Assembly (NCBI GenBank): GCA_000092065.1
Contig: CP000581.1
Reading direction: 5' to 3' (one strand)
Source of the DNA: Ostreococcus lucimarinus
Lineage: Eukaryota
Length of the DNA: 64,000 nt
Below, piece after piece: positions 31,101 through 39,313 of the stretch (its first letter is position 1; each line of letters opens with the position of its first letter). Both the position numbers and the translations under genes were made by a program. Under the pieces are notes generated by a model that was not told the origin of the DNA, did no database searches, and saw only the letters and a program-made list of their open reading frames with translations.

Positions 31101-31729
31101 CGCGAAACGGATAAACTCGGCGTTCGCCGCGATGTCCTCCGGGGTCGCCATGGCCAAGAATTGAATTGCGTTTTCATCCCCGAACGTGTTAAACGCCCAA
31201 CGCCGCATCGAGAGAATGCTCTTCGTCGCCGCCATACCGTTGTTCGCGATCAACACCTTACGAATCACCCGTTTCCCTCCTCTTTCAGCCACATACTTGG
31301 CCAACGCATCCGCGCTCGACGCTGAAGCCGTGCTCGCCGCCGAATCCGCGACGGCGTCGCGCGCCTGCGCGTCGCCGCGCTTCGTCGCGCGCGCCACGCC
31401 GACGCGTCGCGCCGAGTCCGCCCTGCGCACGCACGCGCGCGCCGACGTCCCCTTCTTCACGTCACCCAAAACTACGCGCGCTCGCACGAGTTCGCGTCCT
31501 CGTCAGTCTTCCGCTCTCCGCGTTCGCGCGCCGACCTAGGTTTCATCCACTCCACCTTATCGAATAACGGGATGCCGTTGGTTTCGATCGCGCGCGATCG
31601 CTCGTCGCCTCGCGCGCGCGCTTCGCCTCGCCGCGCGCATCGTTCGCCGCGCGAACAAAAAAACGTACACTTCGTCTTCGTCGATACCGCACGCGCGGCA
31701 CCGCACGCGCGCTGCGTCGCGGGCGCCAT
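25197..31729 (-). CDS. ACC: homomeric multidomain acetyl-CoA carboxylase (biotin carboxylase - BCCP - carboxyltransferase), main exon 25197..31480 plus putative small 5' exon 31693..31729
   Basis: The 2096-aa ORF has all ACCase domains in order: KVLIANNGMAATKSILSMRRWAF... (BC), EAMKMVMPL (biotinyl Lys) and CT blocks. The main exon is certain. The track ORF begins with GTG. There is no in-frame ATG before the BC domain, and an in-frame stop lies 5 codons upstream. The branch-like motif aagactgacg sits 22-31 nt before two candidate AG acceptors at the ORF 5' end. The candidate exon 1 is ATGGCGCCCGCGACGCAGCGCGCGTGCGGTGCCGCGC (MAPATQRACGAA), with donor GTGCGG at 31692/31693 and phase 1. The exon 1 placement is tentative. 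Confidence 0.9.
31481..31692 (-). other. putative 5' intron of ACC (approximately 212 nt)
   Basis: It is inferred from the missing ATG, the upstream in-frame stop, the GACTGAC branch-like motif at about 31502-31508, AG acceptors at 31481/31482 or 31472/31473, and a GTGCGG donor candidate. Alternative donors would be GTGCCG (exon 1 of 28 nt) or others. Confidence 0.35.
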
Positions 31730-31766
31730 CTGTGTTTCGCACGCGCGCGACGTGAGTCACGGGGTT

Positions 31767-31808
31767 CGCTTTTCGCGCGTCGCTTTTCGCGCGTCGCTTT
31801 TCGCGCGC
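31767..31808. repeat. 3 tandem copies of a 14-nt unit (cgcttttcgcgcgt) in the ACC / SRPBCC-gene divergent promoter region
   Basis: The sequence cgcttttcgcgcgtcgcttttcgcgcgtcgcttttcgcgcgc is seen directly. Confidence 0.5.
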
Positions 31809-32351
31809 GCGCGATCGCCCGTCGTCGTCGCCTCGCGCGCGCGCCGCGCAGAATATTCCCGCGTCGACGCGCGCGGTCCGCGCCTCGCGACCGTCGTCGC
31901 GCGCGCGTCCGGCGCGCTCGACGCCGCGCGCCGGAGAGGTCACGCGCGTCGCGCGTCGCGCGTCTGCGTCCGACGTCGCGACGCCGCCGCGCCGTCGTCG
32001 CGCGCGCGGTCGATCGCGGTCTTTCGCGCGCGTTCGCGCTCGCGCGATCGCGCGCGTTCGCTCAGCGCACCGTCGCCGTCGCGCGCGTCGCGTTCGAGTG
32101 TGCGGATCCGCGGTCGGCCTTTCGCGCGCGCGGCGCGGCATAAATCGCGCGACGCGCGCGGGCGTCGTATACGAGTGCGTCGGAGCGCCATGACGGGCGA
32201 CGTTATCCGTCCGCGCTGCCGGGGCATCGCGGACGAGGTCCGTGTTTTAGTTTTCAATTCGTGTCCGTGTGTATGCTAGTTTCGCGGTGAAACGTCCCGT
32301 CGCGCGCGCGACGCGCGTCGCCAGAGCGGCGCGTCGGCGCGCGCGTCGACG

Positions 32352-34643
32352 ATGCGGGCGTCGGCGCGGACGCCCGCGACGCCGGCGTCGACGTCGCGCG
32401 CGCGCGGACGCGCGTCGAGCGCCGCGGTGCGGTGCGCGCGGATGGGCGCTGGGCGCGACGACGCGGGAGGCGGACGCGTCGCGCGCGACGTCGCGTCGCG
32501 CGCGCGCGCGACGCGGACGCGCGAGCGAGGGTCGACGCGTCGACGCGGGCGATGGACGCGCGCGCGCGCGTCGTGGGGAAGCGACGCGCGGGCGGGGTAC
32601 GAAATTTCGACGAGTTGGGACGATTACGACGACGAGGCGGACGACGACGAGAGAGGCTCGAACGAGGCGGCGGACGACGAGGAGACGGAGGAAGAGGAGA
32701 GCGCGGCGGCGATCGTCGCGGTGGACGTCGTCGCGTCGCCGGAGTCGGTGTGGGCGTGTTTGGCGAGAGGGGAGAATTTGTCGGAGTTCGCGCCGACGCT
32801 GCTCGTGGCCAAGCGCGGGCCGAAGCAATACGGATCGACGGAGACGGAGGTGCGATTGCTCGCGATGGATTACACGCTGTTCACGCCGAGAATGCTGAAT
32901 ACGGTGAGCGTTCGGATCGTGGATAAGTCGAAGGGGCCACCGAACTGGGAAAACGGGCCGGCGAAGCTTGGATTTTTGGCGAGAAACGTCGACGAGCGAA
33001 GCGATTTCATGCTCGTGGGATCGTTTTGTATTCGGCCTATTTTTGGCGAATCGTACAAGTGCAGATTGGAGTACAGGGCTGAGTTGAGGCCGACAAATTA
33101 CGAAGTTCCAGCTGATGTCCTGCGCAGGGCGGTGGAGGAGAGCTTCCCGTTCGTCATCGCGAGCGTGACGAAGCAGGCGGTGAAGAGAGACCAACGACGA
33201 CTGCGGTCGCCGGGATTCCTGCCTCAGCTCGAGACCCCTTTCGGGGCATCCAGGGAACTGGCAAAGAAAGCGGACGATTCTTTAGTACCGAGTGGATATC
33301 TCGGATTGAGTGAGGTCAACGTCCCGACGCAAAACTCGGAATCGAGTCAAGACGAGGAGACGCCGGATGCCTCCAAACCCGCCGCGGTGCGGATGCGTCC
33401 GCGCGGCGAGACAGCCAAAGCCTCAGAGGCACCGAAGAGCTGGAGAGCTATCGGTGGTGGTGCGCAAGGAGAGAAGTGGTTTTCAAGCGACATTACCCCG
33501 TTTGAAAATCCAGGCTCGCTCGAGGTGCACATGCGACGGTACGATACGGACAGTTTGTTGCACAGACGCGCGCTGGCCGCGGTTCGCATCGAGGCGCCGC
33601 CGGCGTTGGTGTGGGATTTGTTGACGAATTACGAAAACATGCCAAAGTTCATGCCGCATCTCATGCACACTGAGTACATTCAAAGATATAATGCAGTCGA
33701 GCGTGAGGCGTCCGAAAAGATCAAACGATTGCGTCTCAGGCAAGTCTTCGTAAAGTGCGACCTCTTTCACGCCATCGAAGAGTCGACGGCGCTGGACGTC
33801 GTGCAGAAGGACGACCGCACCGAGTTACAGTTTCGCGTGTTACAGAACCCGAAATTCGGCGCGCTTCAAGGTAAATGGCTCGTCGTTCCGACCGAAGACT
33901 CCGCAGCCACGGTGTTGAAATTCGCCATCGAGGGCGTTGTGAGCAATGCTGGAATAGATGGGACGGCGAAAAAGGTGGACCCGCTCAACGAGCGCATCGT
34001 GTTTGAAGAGATTTCAACCATGCTCAAACAAGCGAGAGATTTCATGGAAGGAATTGCGAGTAAAGAGGTGCAGTCATACGGGAACGTCAACATCAAAGTC
34101 GCCGATCTTGTGCTGAAAGGCGCTGGAATGTCCGTCGACGAGGAAGACGCCGTCGACGAGCAAATCGTCGGCGCGCTCAACTCTGAAGCCACTGAAAACC
34201 AAGAGAAACAGATACAAGCGTTGAAGCGCGAACTTATCACTCTCGGCTTCGGCGAGAACAAGTGCATGCCGACGCGAGAACAGTTACGCGGCGGGCGTCA
34301 CTGGGACGCCATCCAGCAAATCGAAAGCCTCGGCGGTTTCGTAAAGGTGGCGCAACTTCTAGATTGGTCGGGCGCGAAGACGCGACCACGTGGGTATTGG
34401 ACACTGCGAACGTTGGAGTTGGAGATCAAAGACTTCATCGCCAACACAGAGGATCCGAATGTTCAACGGAACCCCCGAAGGATGCCGTCTCAGAAATCGT
34501 TGCGCGACGCCGGGCGAGCGGATATCGTCAATGCGCTCAAGCGTTTCGGCGGCGCCGAGAAAGTGGCGGCCAGCATGGGTCTCGAATTCGGTAGCGGCAA
34601 CAAACGTTCGTCCGCGAGCGCGCGCGGCGGCGGCGACGATTAG
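32352..34643 (+). CDS. protein with two SRPBCC (polyketide cyclase/dehydrase, Bet v1-like lipid-binding) domains and a conserved C-terminal domain of unknown function
   Basis: After an Arg/Ala-rich transit-like N-terminus and an acidic tract there are two SRPBCC-like units. The first starts AAIVAVDVVASPESVWACLARGENLSEFAPTLL...; the second starts AAVRIEAPPALVWDLLTNYENMPKFMPHLMHTEYIQ... A C-terminal block follows: RPRGYWTLRTLELEIKDFIANTEDPNVQRNPRRMPSQKSLRDAGRADIVNALKRFGGAEKVAASMGL. The start at 32352 is an ATG, but the N-terminal extent is uncertain. Confidence 0.55.
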   Translation: MRASARTPATPASTSRARGRASSAAVRCARMGAGRDDAGGGRVARDVASRARATRTRERGSTRRRGRWTRARASWGSDARAGYEISTSWDDYDDEADDDERGSNEAADDEETEEEESAAAIVAVDVVASPESVWACLARGENLSEFAPTLLVAKRGPKQYGSTETEVRLLAMDYTLFTPRMLNTVSVRIVDKSKGPPNWENGPAKLGFLARNVDERSDFMLVGSFCIRPIFGESYKCRLEYRAELRPTNYEVPADVLRRAVEESFPFVIASVTKQAVKRDQRRLRSPGFLPQLETPFGASRELAKKADDSLVPSGYLGLSEVNVPTQNSESSQDEETPDASKPAAVRMRPRGETAKASEAPKSWRAIGGGAQGEKWFSSDITPFENPGSLEVHMRRYDTDSLLHRRALAAVRIEAPPALVWDLLTNYENMPKFMPHLMHTEYIQRYNAVEREASEKIKRLRLRQVFVKCDLFHAIEESTALDVVQKDDRTELQFRVLQNPKFGALQGKWLVVPTEDSAATVLKFAIEGVVSNAGIDGTAKKVDPLNERIVFEEISTMLKQARDFMEGIASKEVQSYGNVNIKVADLVLKGAGMSVDEEDAVDEQIVGALNSEATENQEKQIQALKRELITLGFGENKCMPTREQLRGGRHWDAIQQIESLGGFVKVAQLLDWSGAKTRPRGYWTLRTLELEIKDFIANTEDPNVQRNPRRMPSQKSLRDAGRADIVNALKRFGGAEKVAASMGLEFGSGNKRSSASARGGGDD

Positions 34644-34704
34644 AATTTAGCGAGCAGCAATTTTAGAGCGTTGTGTAATTTATATTTTCATTCGCGGAAT
34701 CAAG

Positions 34705-35364
34705 TCAGATGAAATACGTGAACACGTCGCCCTCCGAATCAATCTTCGTCGGATACACCGCCAACGGCACGGGCGTCGCCGCCTTCTTGAGTCCTCCCAA
34801 AAATTTGCGCATCATGGTATTTTGCGGACACCACGTGATCACCTCTCCCGTGGCCAAGTCGTACTCCGTGCCGTCGAGCGGCACGCGAATCGCCGCCCCG
34901 CTCGGTCCCTCGAACAGCTCCCCGTCGATGAGCGGATACTGATACGCCGTCGAGTTACACGCCGTGATGAAAACCATCGACCCATACTTCACCATGCAAA
35001 AGTTCCCATTCGCCAGCAGCAGCGCCTTGATCGGCTTCTCCTCGAGTTCGCTCACGTTGCCCACTTTAATCCACTTATCCTGCGCGCTCGACGTCGTCCC
35101 CATCGGTTTCCGCTCGAACTGCGCCCCTCCGTCGCGCGAGACCCCCCCGCGCTTCTTCTCCTTCTTCTTCCCATCGCTCTCGCTGAACTCGTCGTCCAGG
35201 ATGTCCCCGATCCCTCGTCGCTTCCCCGCGCGCGCGTCGACCGCGCGCTGACGTCGACCATCGCCGCGCGCGTTCGCGCGCGTCGCGCGCGCGCGTCGCG
35301 TCGCGTCGCCGCGCGCGCGCGCGGCCGCGAGCGCCGTCATCCTCGTCGTCGTCGCCGTCGCCAT
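34705..35364 (-). CDS. Rieske-like domain protein lacking the [2Fe-2S] ligand residues (PSB33/NirD-like fold), organelle-targeted
   Basis: The N-terminus looks like a transit peptide (MATATTTRMTALAAARARGDATRRARATRANARG). The C-terminal region fits the Rieske-like pattern WIKVGNVSELEEKPIKALLLANGNFCMVKYGSMVFITACNSTAYQYPLIDGELFEGPSGAAIRVPLDGTEYDLATGEVITWCP. The CxH / CxxH cluster-ligand boxes are not conserved (no His in either box). Confidence 0.45.
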   Translation of the reverse strand: MATATTTRMTALAAARARGDATRRARATRANARGDGRRQRAVDARAGKRRGIGDILDDEFSESDGKKKEKKRGGVSRDGGAQFERKPMGTTSSAQDKWIKVGNVSELEEKPIKALLLANGNFCMVKYGSMVFITACNSTAYQYPLIDGELFEGPSGAAIRVPLDGTEYDLATGEVITWCPQNTMMRKFLGGLKKAATPVPLAVYPTKIDSEGDVFTYFI

Positions 35365-35479
35365 CGTCGCCGTCGTCGCCGTCGCGTCGCGGAATCGCGC
35401 CGCGCCGCGCCGCGCGGCACATCAAAACGCGCCGATCGACGCCGCGCGACGACGCGCCGCGGCGCCGAGACCGCCGGCG

Positions 35480-37198
35480 ATGGCGCGCGGCGACGGCTCG
35501 AAACGCAACGCGTCCGCGCGCGCCTCGGCGCGGCGCGCGCGACGGCTGATCGTCAAGGAGTTCGCGCTGAGGCGATGCTTCGAATCGTTGGACGCGAGCG
35601 GGCGCGGGGAGATCGTCGTGCGCGCGTTCCTGGATCGATTGCGCGCGGACGCGGCGATGACGGACGCGCTGCAGGGAGCGACGGAGGCGTTCACGTCGAC
35701 GGAGATGCTGGACGGGGTGTTCGACGCGCTGGAGGAGGCGGCGGCGCGCGCGGTGCGGGTTGAGGAATTCTTGGAATTGTTCAGAATCAGCGCGATCGAG
35801 GCGAATAAGCGAGCGAAGGCGAAGAAGAAGATGGAAACGGAGGAGAGAAAGGCGCTCGAGGGCGGGAAGACGAACGCGGCGGTGAAGGAGGAGACGGCGG
35901 TGGAGAACGGAGCGACGAGAGTGGAGGGCGCGGGGGAGGACGCGCCGGAGATCGAGGCGCGGGCGGGGCGGAACGCGGAGGAGAACGCGGTGGTGCCGGC
36001 ACCGGAGCCGGAGGCGCGCGCGGCGCCGCCGAGGCCGCCGCCGCCGCAGGCTCCGGTTCAGGTGGTGGTTGACGCGAATTACCTCAAGCAAGTGTTTAAA
36101 TTGATCGACTACGACGGCAACGGCGAGGTGACGCTCGTGGAGTTCTTATCGGCTTTACACTCGAATCCGGAGATCGGAGCCTTGTTAGATGAAGGCACGC
36201 CCGCCGGCGACGACGTATCGAACGTTGTCAGCGAGGTTTTCTCAAGGATGGACGCCGACCAGAATAAGAGCGTTAACTTTGAAGAGTTCGTGGAGTACTT
36301 TACGGTGCAGCAAAACGCGCACTCGAATCACGCTCTGAACAAGCTGTCGAGAGACGAAAAGAAAGCGTTGCTAATGTCGTTCGATCAGGCAAAAGTTCGA
36401 AGCATGAGCGCGTTTAAGCGTGGCATTCGGTATGTCAGCAAGCAAGCGCTCAAAGCAGGCTTGCGAACGAGCGAGAAAGAAAAGAAGGAGGAGAACATGA
36501 GCAAAATACCGGATTCTGACTTGCTTGTCCTTAAATCATACTTGCGTGATGTGTACAAAATTGTGGATTACGAAAAGAACGAGCGCATCGTGTTGCAGGA
36601 GTTCCTGGACGAGCTCAGAGAGAGCCCCAACATCGCGCTCGCACTCGACGTCGGCAGCGACATCTCCCACGGCGCTGACAAGACGAAAAAGATGGTCGCG
36701 GTTATCTTCAAGGCGATGTCGATTGACGCAAAAAGGGTGGTGACATTTCCTGAATTCGTAAACTACTTCATCAAGATCGCGTCGGACTACTTTAACTCGG
36801 ATTCTCCTTTGTCGCAACAGAGCGTCGTGAGCGAGTCTCGAAGCGCCTCAGCGAATAGCACGATCGGCGCGTTTGTCGGGGAGTTGTTCAAGTTTGGGAA
36901 CAAAACGCCGTCTCCAGCACCTGTGGCCGAAGAACGGGTAGCGTCTCGGAATGGCCTTCGCCCTCACGGGGATGACGACTACATGGACGGCCTGGTTTAC
37001 GGCGACGATGAAAATGAGGATTTGGATCACACTGTTCACTTACTGCGTCATGAGTTACAACAAATGAATGCTGTTCTGGAAGAAAATCAGCATCAGAAGA
37101 AGATGAATAACGCACTCAGGTTGAAGCTGAATGTGTTGACGCACATGTACGCAAAGCAAAGCGCGGAATTCCAGGCACTGATTGACTCGATGAAGTAA
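35480..37198 (+). CDS. multi-EF-hand calcium-binding protein with C-terminal coiled coil
   Basis: At least three EF-hand loops: DYDGNGEVTLVEF, DADQNKSVNFEEF and DYEKNERIVLQEF. The N-terminus is Glu/Ala-rich and the C-terminus is helical (LLRHELQQMNAVLEENQHQKKMNNALRLKLNVLTHMYAKQSAEFQALIDSMK). Confidence 0.6.
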   Translation: MARGDGSKRNASARASARRARRLIVKEFALRRCFESLDASGRGEIVVRAFLDRLRADAAMTDALQGATEAFTSTEMLDGVFDALEEAAARAVRVEEFLELFRISAIEANKRAKAKKKMETEERKALEGGKTNAAVKEETAVENGATRVEGAGEDAPEIEARAGRNAEENAVVPAPEPEARAAPPRPPPPQAPVQVVVDANYLKQVFKLIDYDGNGEVTLVEFLSALHSNPEIGALLDEGTPAGDDVSNVVSEVFSRMDADQNKSVNFEEFVEYFTVQQNAHSNHALNKLSRDEKKALLMSFDQAKVRSMSAFKRGIRYVSKQALKAGLRTSEKEKKEENMSKIPDSDLLVLKSYLRDVYKIVDYEKNERIVLQEFLDELRESPNIALALDVGSDISHGADKTKKMVAVIFKAMSIDAKRVVTFPEFVNYFIKIASDYFNSDSPLSQQSVVSESRSASANSTIGAFVGELFKFGNKTPSPAPVAEERVASRNGLRPHGDDDYMDGLVYGDDENEDLDHTVHLLRHELQQMNAVLEENQHQKKMNNALRLKLNVLTHMYAKQSAEFQALIDSMK

Positions 37199-37268
37199 AT
37201 ATTTCACGAGGTGCATCGCGATGATAGAAGAATTCTGCCGTGGTTATTGCAATATCTATTTCGATGCT

Positions 37269-39188
37269 TTAATCGATCTTGACACTTCCGTAAATCGCAC
37301 GAACGAATGCTAAACTCGCCAAGAAACCCACAGTGCCCGTGAGGATGAAGAATCCAAACGACAAAACCGACATGTACGAAAAGTAGATGAATGTCGTCAG
37401 TTTGTGCGTCACCACAAGCGTGGTGTGGTAGTAGACGATCCCGTACGCGAACATGTAGAACGCGGCCGCTCCACTTGTCAAGAACGATCGCCACCACCAA
37501 CGATAATCTTCGGCGCAGAGTTGGAAGTAGCACATGACGACGGTGATTTCCGCACACGTGACGACGAGAATGATGAAGACGAGCGCCAGGAAGCCAAATA
37601 TGTAGTAGAACTGCTGAAGCCAGATGCTAGTGAGGATGAAGAACAGCTCGATGAACACCGCCCCAAACGGAAGCACGCCTCCGATGAGAACGGCCACGGC
37701 ATCGTGCATGTACCAAGGCTGCGGCGGGATTTGGCGTGGAATCTTATTCGTTCGCACAGGTTCCTCCAAAGGCTCTCTCTTGAAACCCAAGTAACTCCCC
37801 ATGAAAGTCAGCGGGACGGAGATACCGAACCACAAGAACATGAGAACAAAATACGTTCCGAACGGGATCGCACCACTGCTCTTTTGACCCCAGATAAGAA
37901 CGTTCAACACCGTACCCACTGTGAAGACGACGCCAGGATACAACAAAGAAGCCTTGACGGCGTTCATCTTCCAAGTTTGACCTTTGAACATACGGAACAA
38001 AAATGCGCTGACGAAACCATTCACGAAGCTCATGATGACGTAAATCATCACCATAGCGGTCATGAGCCCACCTCGATTGGCGGGTGATAAGAACCCGAGA
38101 ACAGCGAAGAAGATGGTTACCGTCGTCATGCAGAGGAGTTGCACGCCCGTGCCGGCGAAGACGGAGAGCCAGGTGTAGTGCGCCGGAACGCGGAAGACGT
38201 CACCGTGAACCAACTTCCAACCAGACTCTTCTTGCGTTTCTTCAGCGGTTTCGAGCTGGTTATACACGGTAATATCGCGATGAAGCGTTCGCAGCATGAT
38301 GAGCGCCGTCATCACCGACAAGAAGAGCACAATCATCATGCTGTTGATGATGGAAAACCAGTGAATTTCATCGTCTGCCATCAAGAGATACGTATCCCAA
38401 CGGCTCGCCCACCGAATGTCACTCTCTTTGAATAGCGTGTCGTACGTGTACACGATTTCTTCACCCGGCTTGACCTCTTGCGGCGCGCTCCCCTCCGAAA
38501 CGTACACTTGCTGCCTCGGATCGCACGTTTTCAACAACGGCTTATCGTCGCTCCACTTCTTATACTTGTGATCCACGCTGAATGGCTCGCATTCGAATCC
38601 AACGATTCTACTCAAATCCGTCTCCTGATCCTTGTGATACAAGATCGTGAAGCGAATGTGATTATTCACGTACGCTTTCCCGTCCTCCGTCGTGAATCCC
38701 ACTGGATATCCGCGTTCGTACTTTTTCCTCGTCCCTTGCTCGTCCTCCACGTACCGCGTCATCCCCACCGGTAGATTATCCAATATCATCTGCACCCTGT
38801 ATTCGTCCTTGATCATTCCTTTCAGCGTTTTCGCTTCCTCTTCGCTCAACTGTTTCCGACACTGCACCTTGCACCGATCGTCGAATCGCATCTCCAGCGA
38901 GTACAGCGAATTCTCGATCCGATCTCCTCGCAGCACCTCCCCGAGGTTCTCCGCCGCGTGTTTTATCTTATCCGGTTTACAGTACGGCAGCGCGTAGTAA
39001 TCGTACGGCAACTGCGTGACCGTGGACGTGAGTTTGTTCACCTTGATGTACACCAAGTCGTCGCGCTCGTAATCGATCGGGGCGACGCCGGGGAGATAAA
39101 ACGCGCGCGCGGAGCCGACGCGACGCGCGAGCGCGCACGCGAACGCGACGAGGGCGACGACGCGCGCGTTTCGCGCGCGAACGCGCAT
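37269..39188 (-). CDS. TM9SF: transmembrane 9 superfamily protein (nonaspanin / EMP70)
   Basis: It has a signal peptide, then FYLPGVAPIDYERDDLVYIKVNKLTSTVTQLPYDYYALPYCKP, and nine C-terminal TM helices with TM9SF blocks (VHGDVFR, YFVLMFLW, SSGAIPFGT). The ORF 5' end was trimmed from 39317 to the ATG at 39186-39188 (MRVRARNARVVALVAFACALA...). Confidence 0.85.
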   Translation of the reverse strand: MRVRARNARVVALVAFACALARRVGSARAFYLPGVAPIDYERDDLVYIKVNKLTSTVTQLPYDYYALPYCKPDKIKHAAENLGEVLRGDRIENSLYSLEMRFDDRCKVQCRKQLSEEEAKTLKGMIKDEYRVQMILDNLPVGMTRYVEDEQGTRKKYERGYPVGFTTEDGKAYVNNHIRFTILYHKDQETDLSRIVGFECEPFSVDHKYKKWSDDKPLLKTCDPRQQVYVSEGSAPQEVKPGEEIVYTYDTLFKESDIRWASRWDTYLLMADDEIHWFSIINSMMIVLFLSVMTALIMLRTLHRDITVYNQLETAEETQEESGWKLVHGDVFRVPAHYTWLSVFAGTGVQLLCMTTVTIFFAVLGFLSPANRGGLMTAMVMIYVIMSFVNGFVSAFLFRMFKGQTWKMNAVKASLLYPGVVFTVGTVLNVLIWGQKSSGAIPFGTYFVLMFLWFGISVPLTFMGSYLGFKREPLEEPVRTNKIPRQIPPQPWYMHDAVAVLIGGVLPFGAVFIELFFILTSIWLQQFYYIFGFLALVFIILVVTCAEITVVMCYFQLCAEDYRWWWRSFLTSGAAAFYMFAYGIVYYHTTLVVTHKLTTFIYFSYMSVLSFGFFILTGTVGFLASLAFVRAIYGSVKID

Positions 39189-39313
39189 GGCGCGAGCGAG
39201 TTTCGCGACGCGCGCGCGAGTGAGGTCGGATGGGCTCGCGGAATCTGGCGCGTCGAGCGGGCGAGGCGCCGGCGCCGGCGACGAGGAGAAGAAATGTTTT
39301 ACAACGGTGACGG

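Noticed and set aside
32247-33194. ORFs 32247..33194(-), 32269..32898(+) and 32432..32926(+) around the start of the SRPBCC gene
   Set aside because: Their composition is extreme Arg/Gly shadow. They overlap the acidic/Ala-rich N-terminal region of the real frame (32352..).
35075-36091. ORF 35075..36091(-) 338 aa, ORF 34822..35763(+) and ORF 35787..36002(-)
   Set aside because: These are Arg/Pro-rich shadows of the EF-hand gene's Glu/Ala-rich N-terminus and of the Rieske-like gene. No motifs are present.
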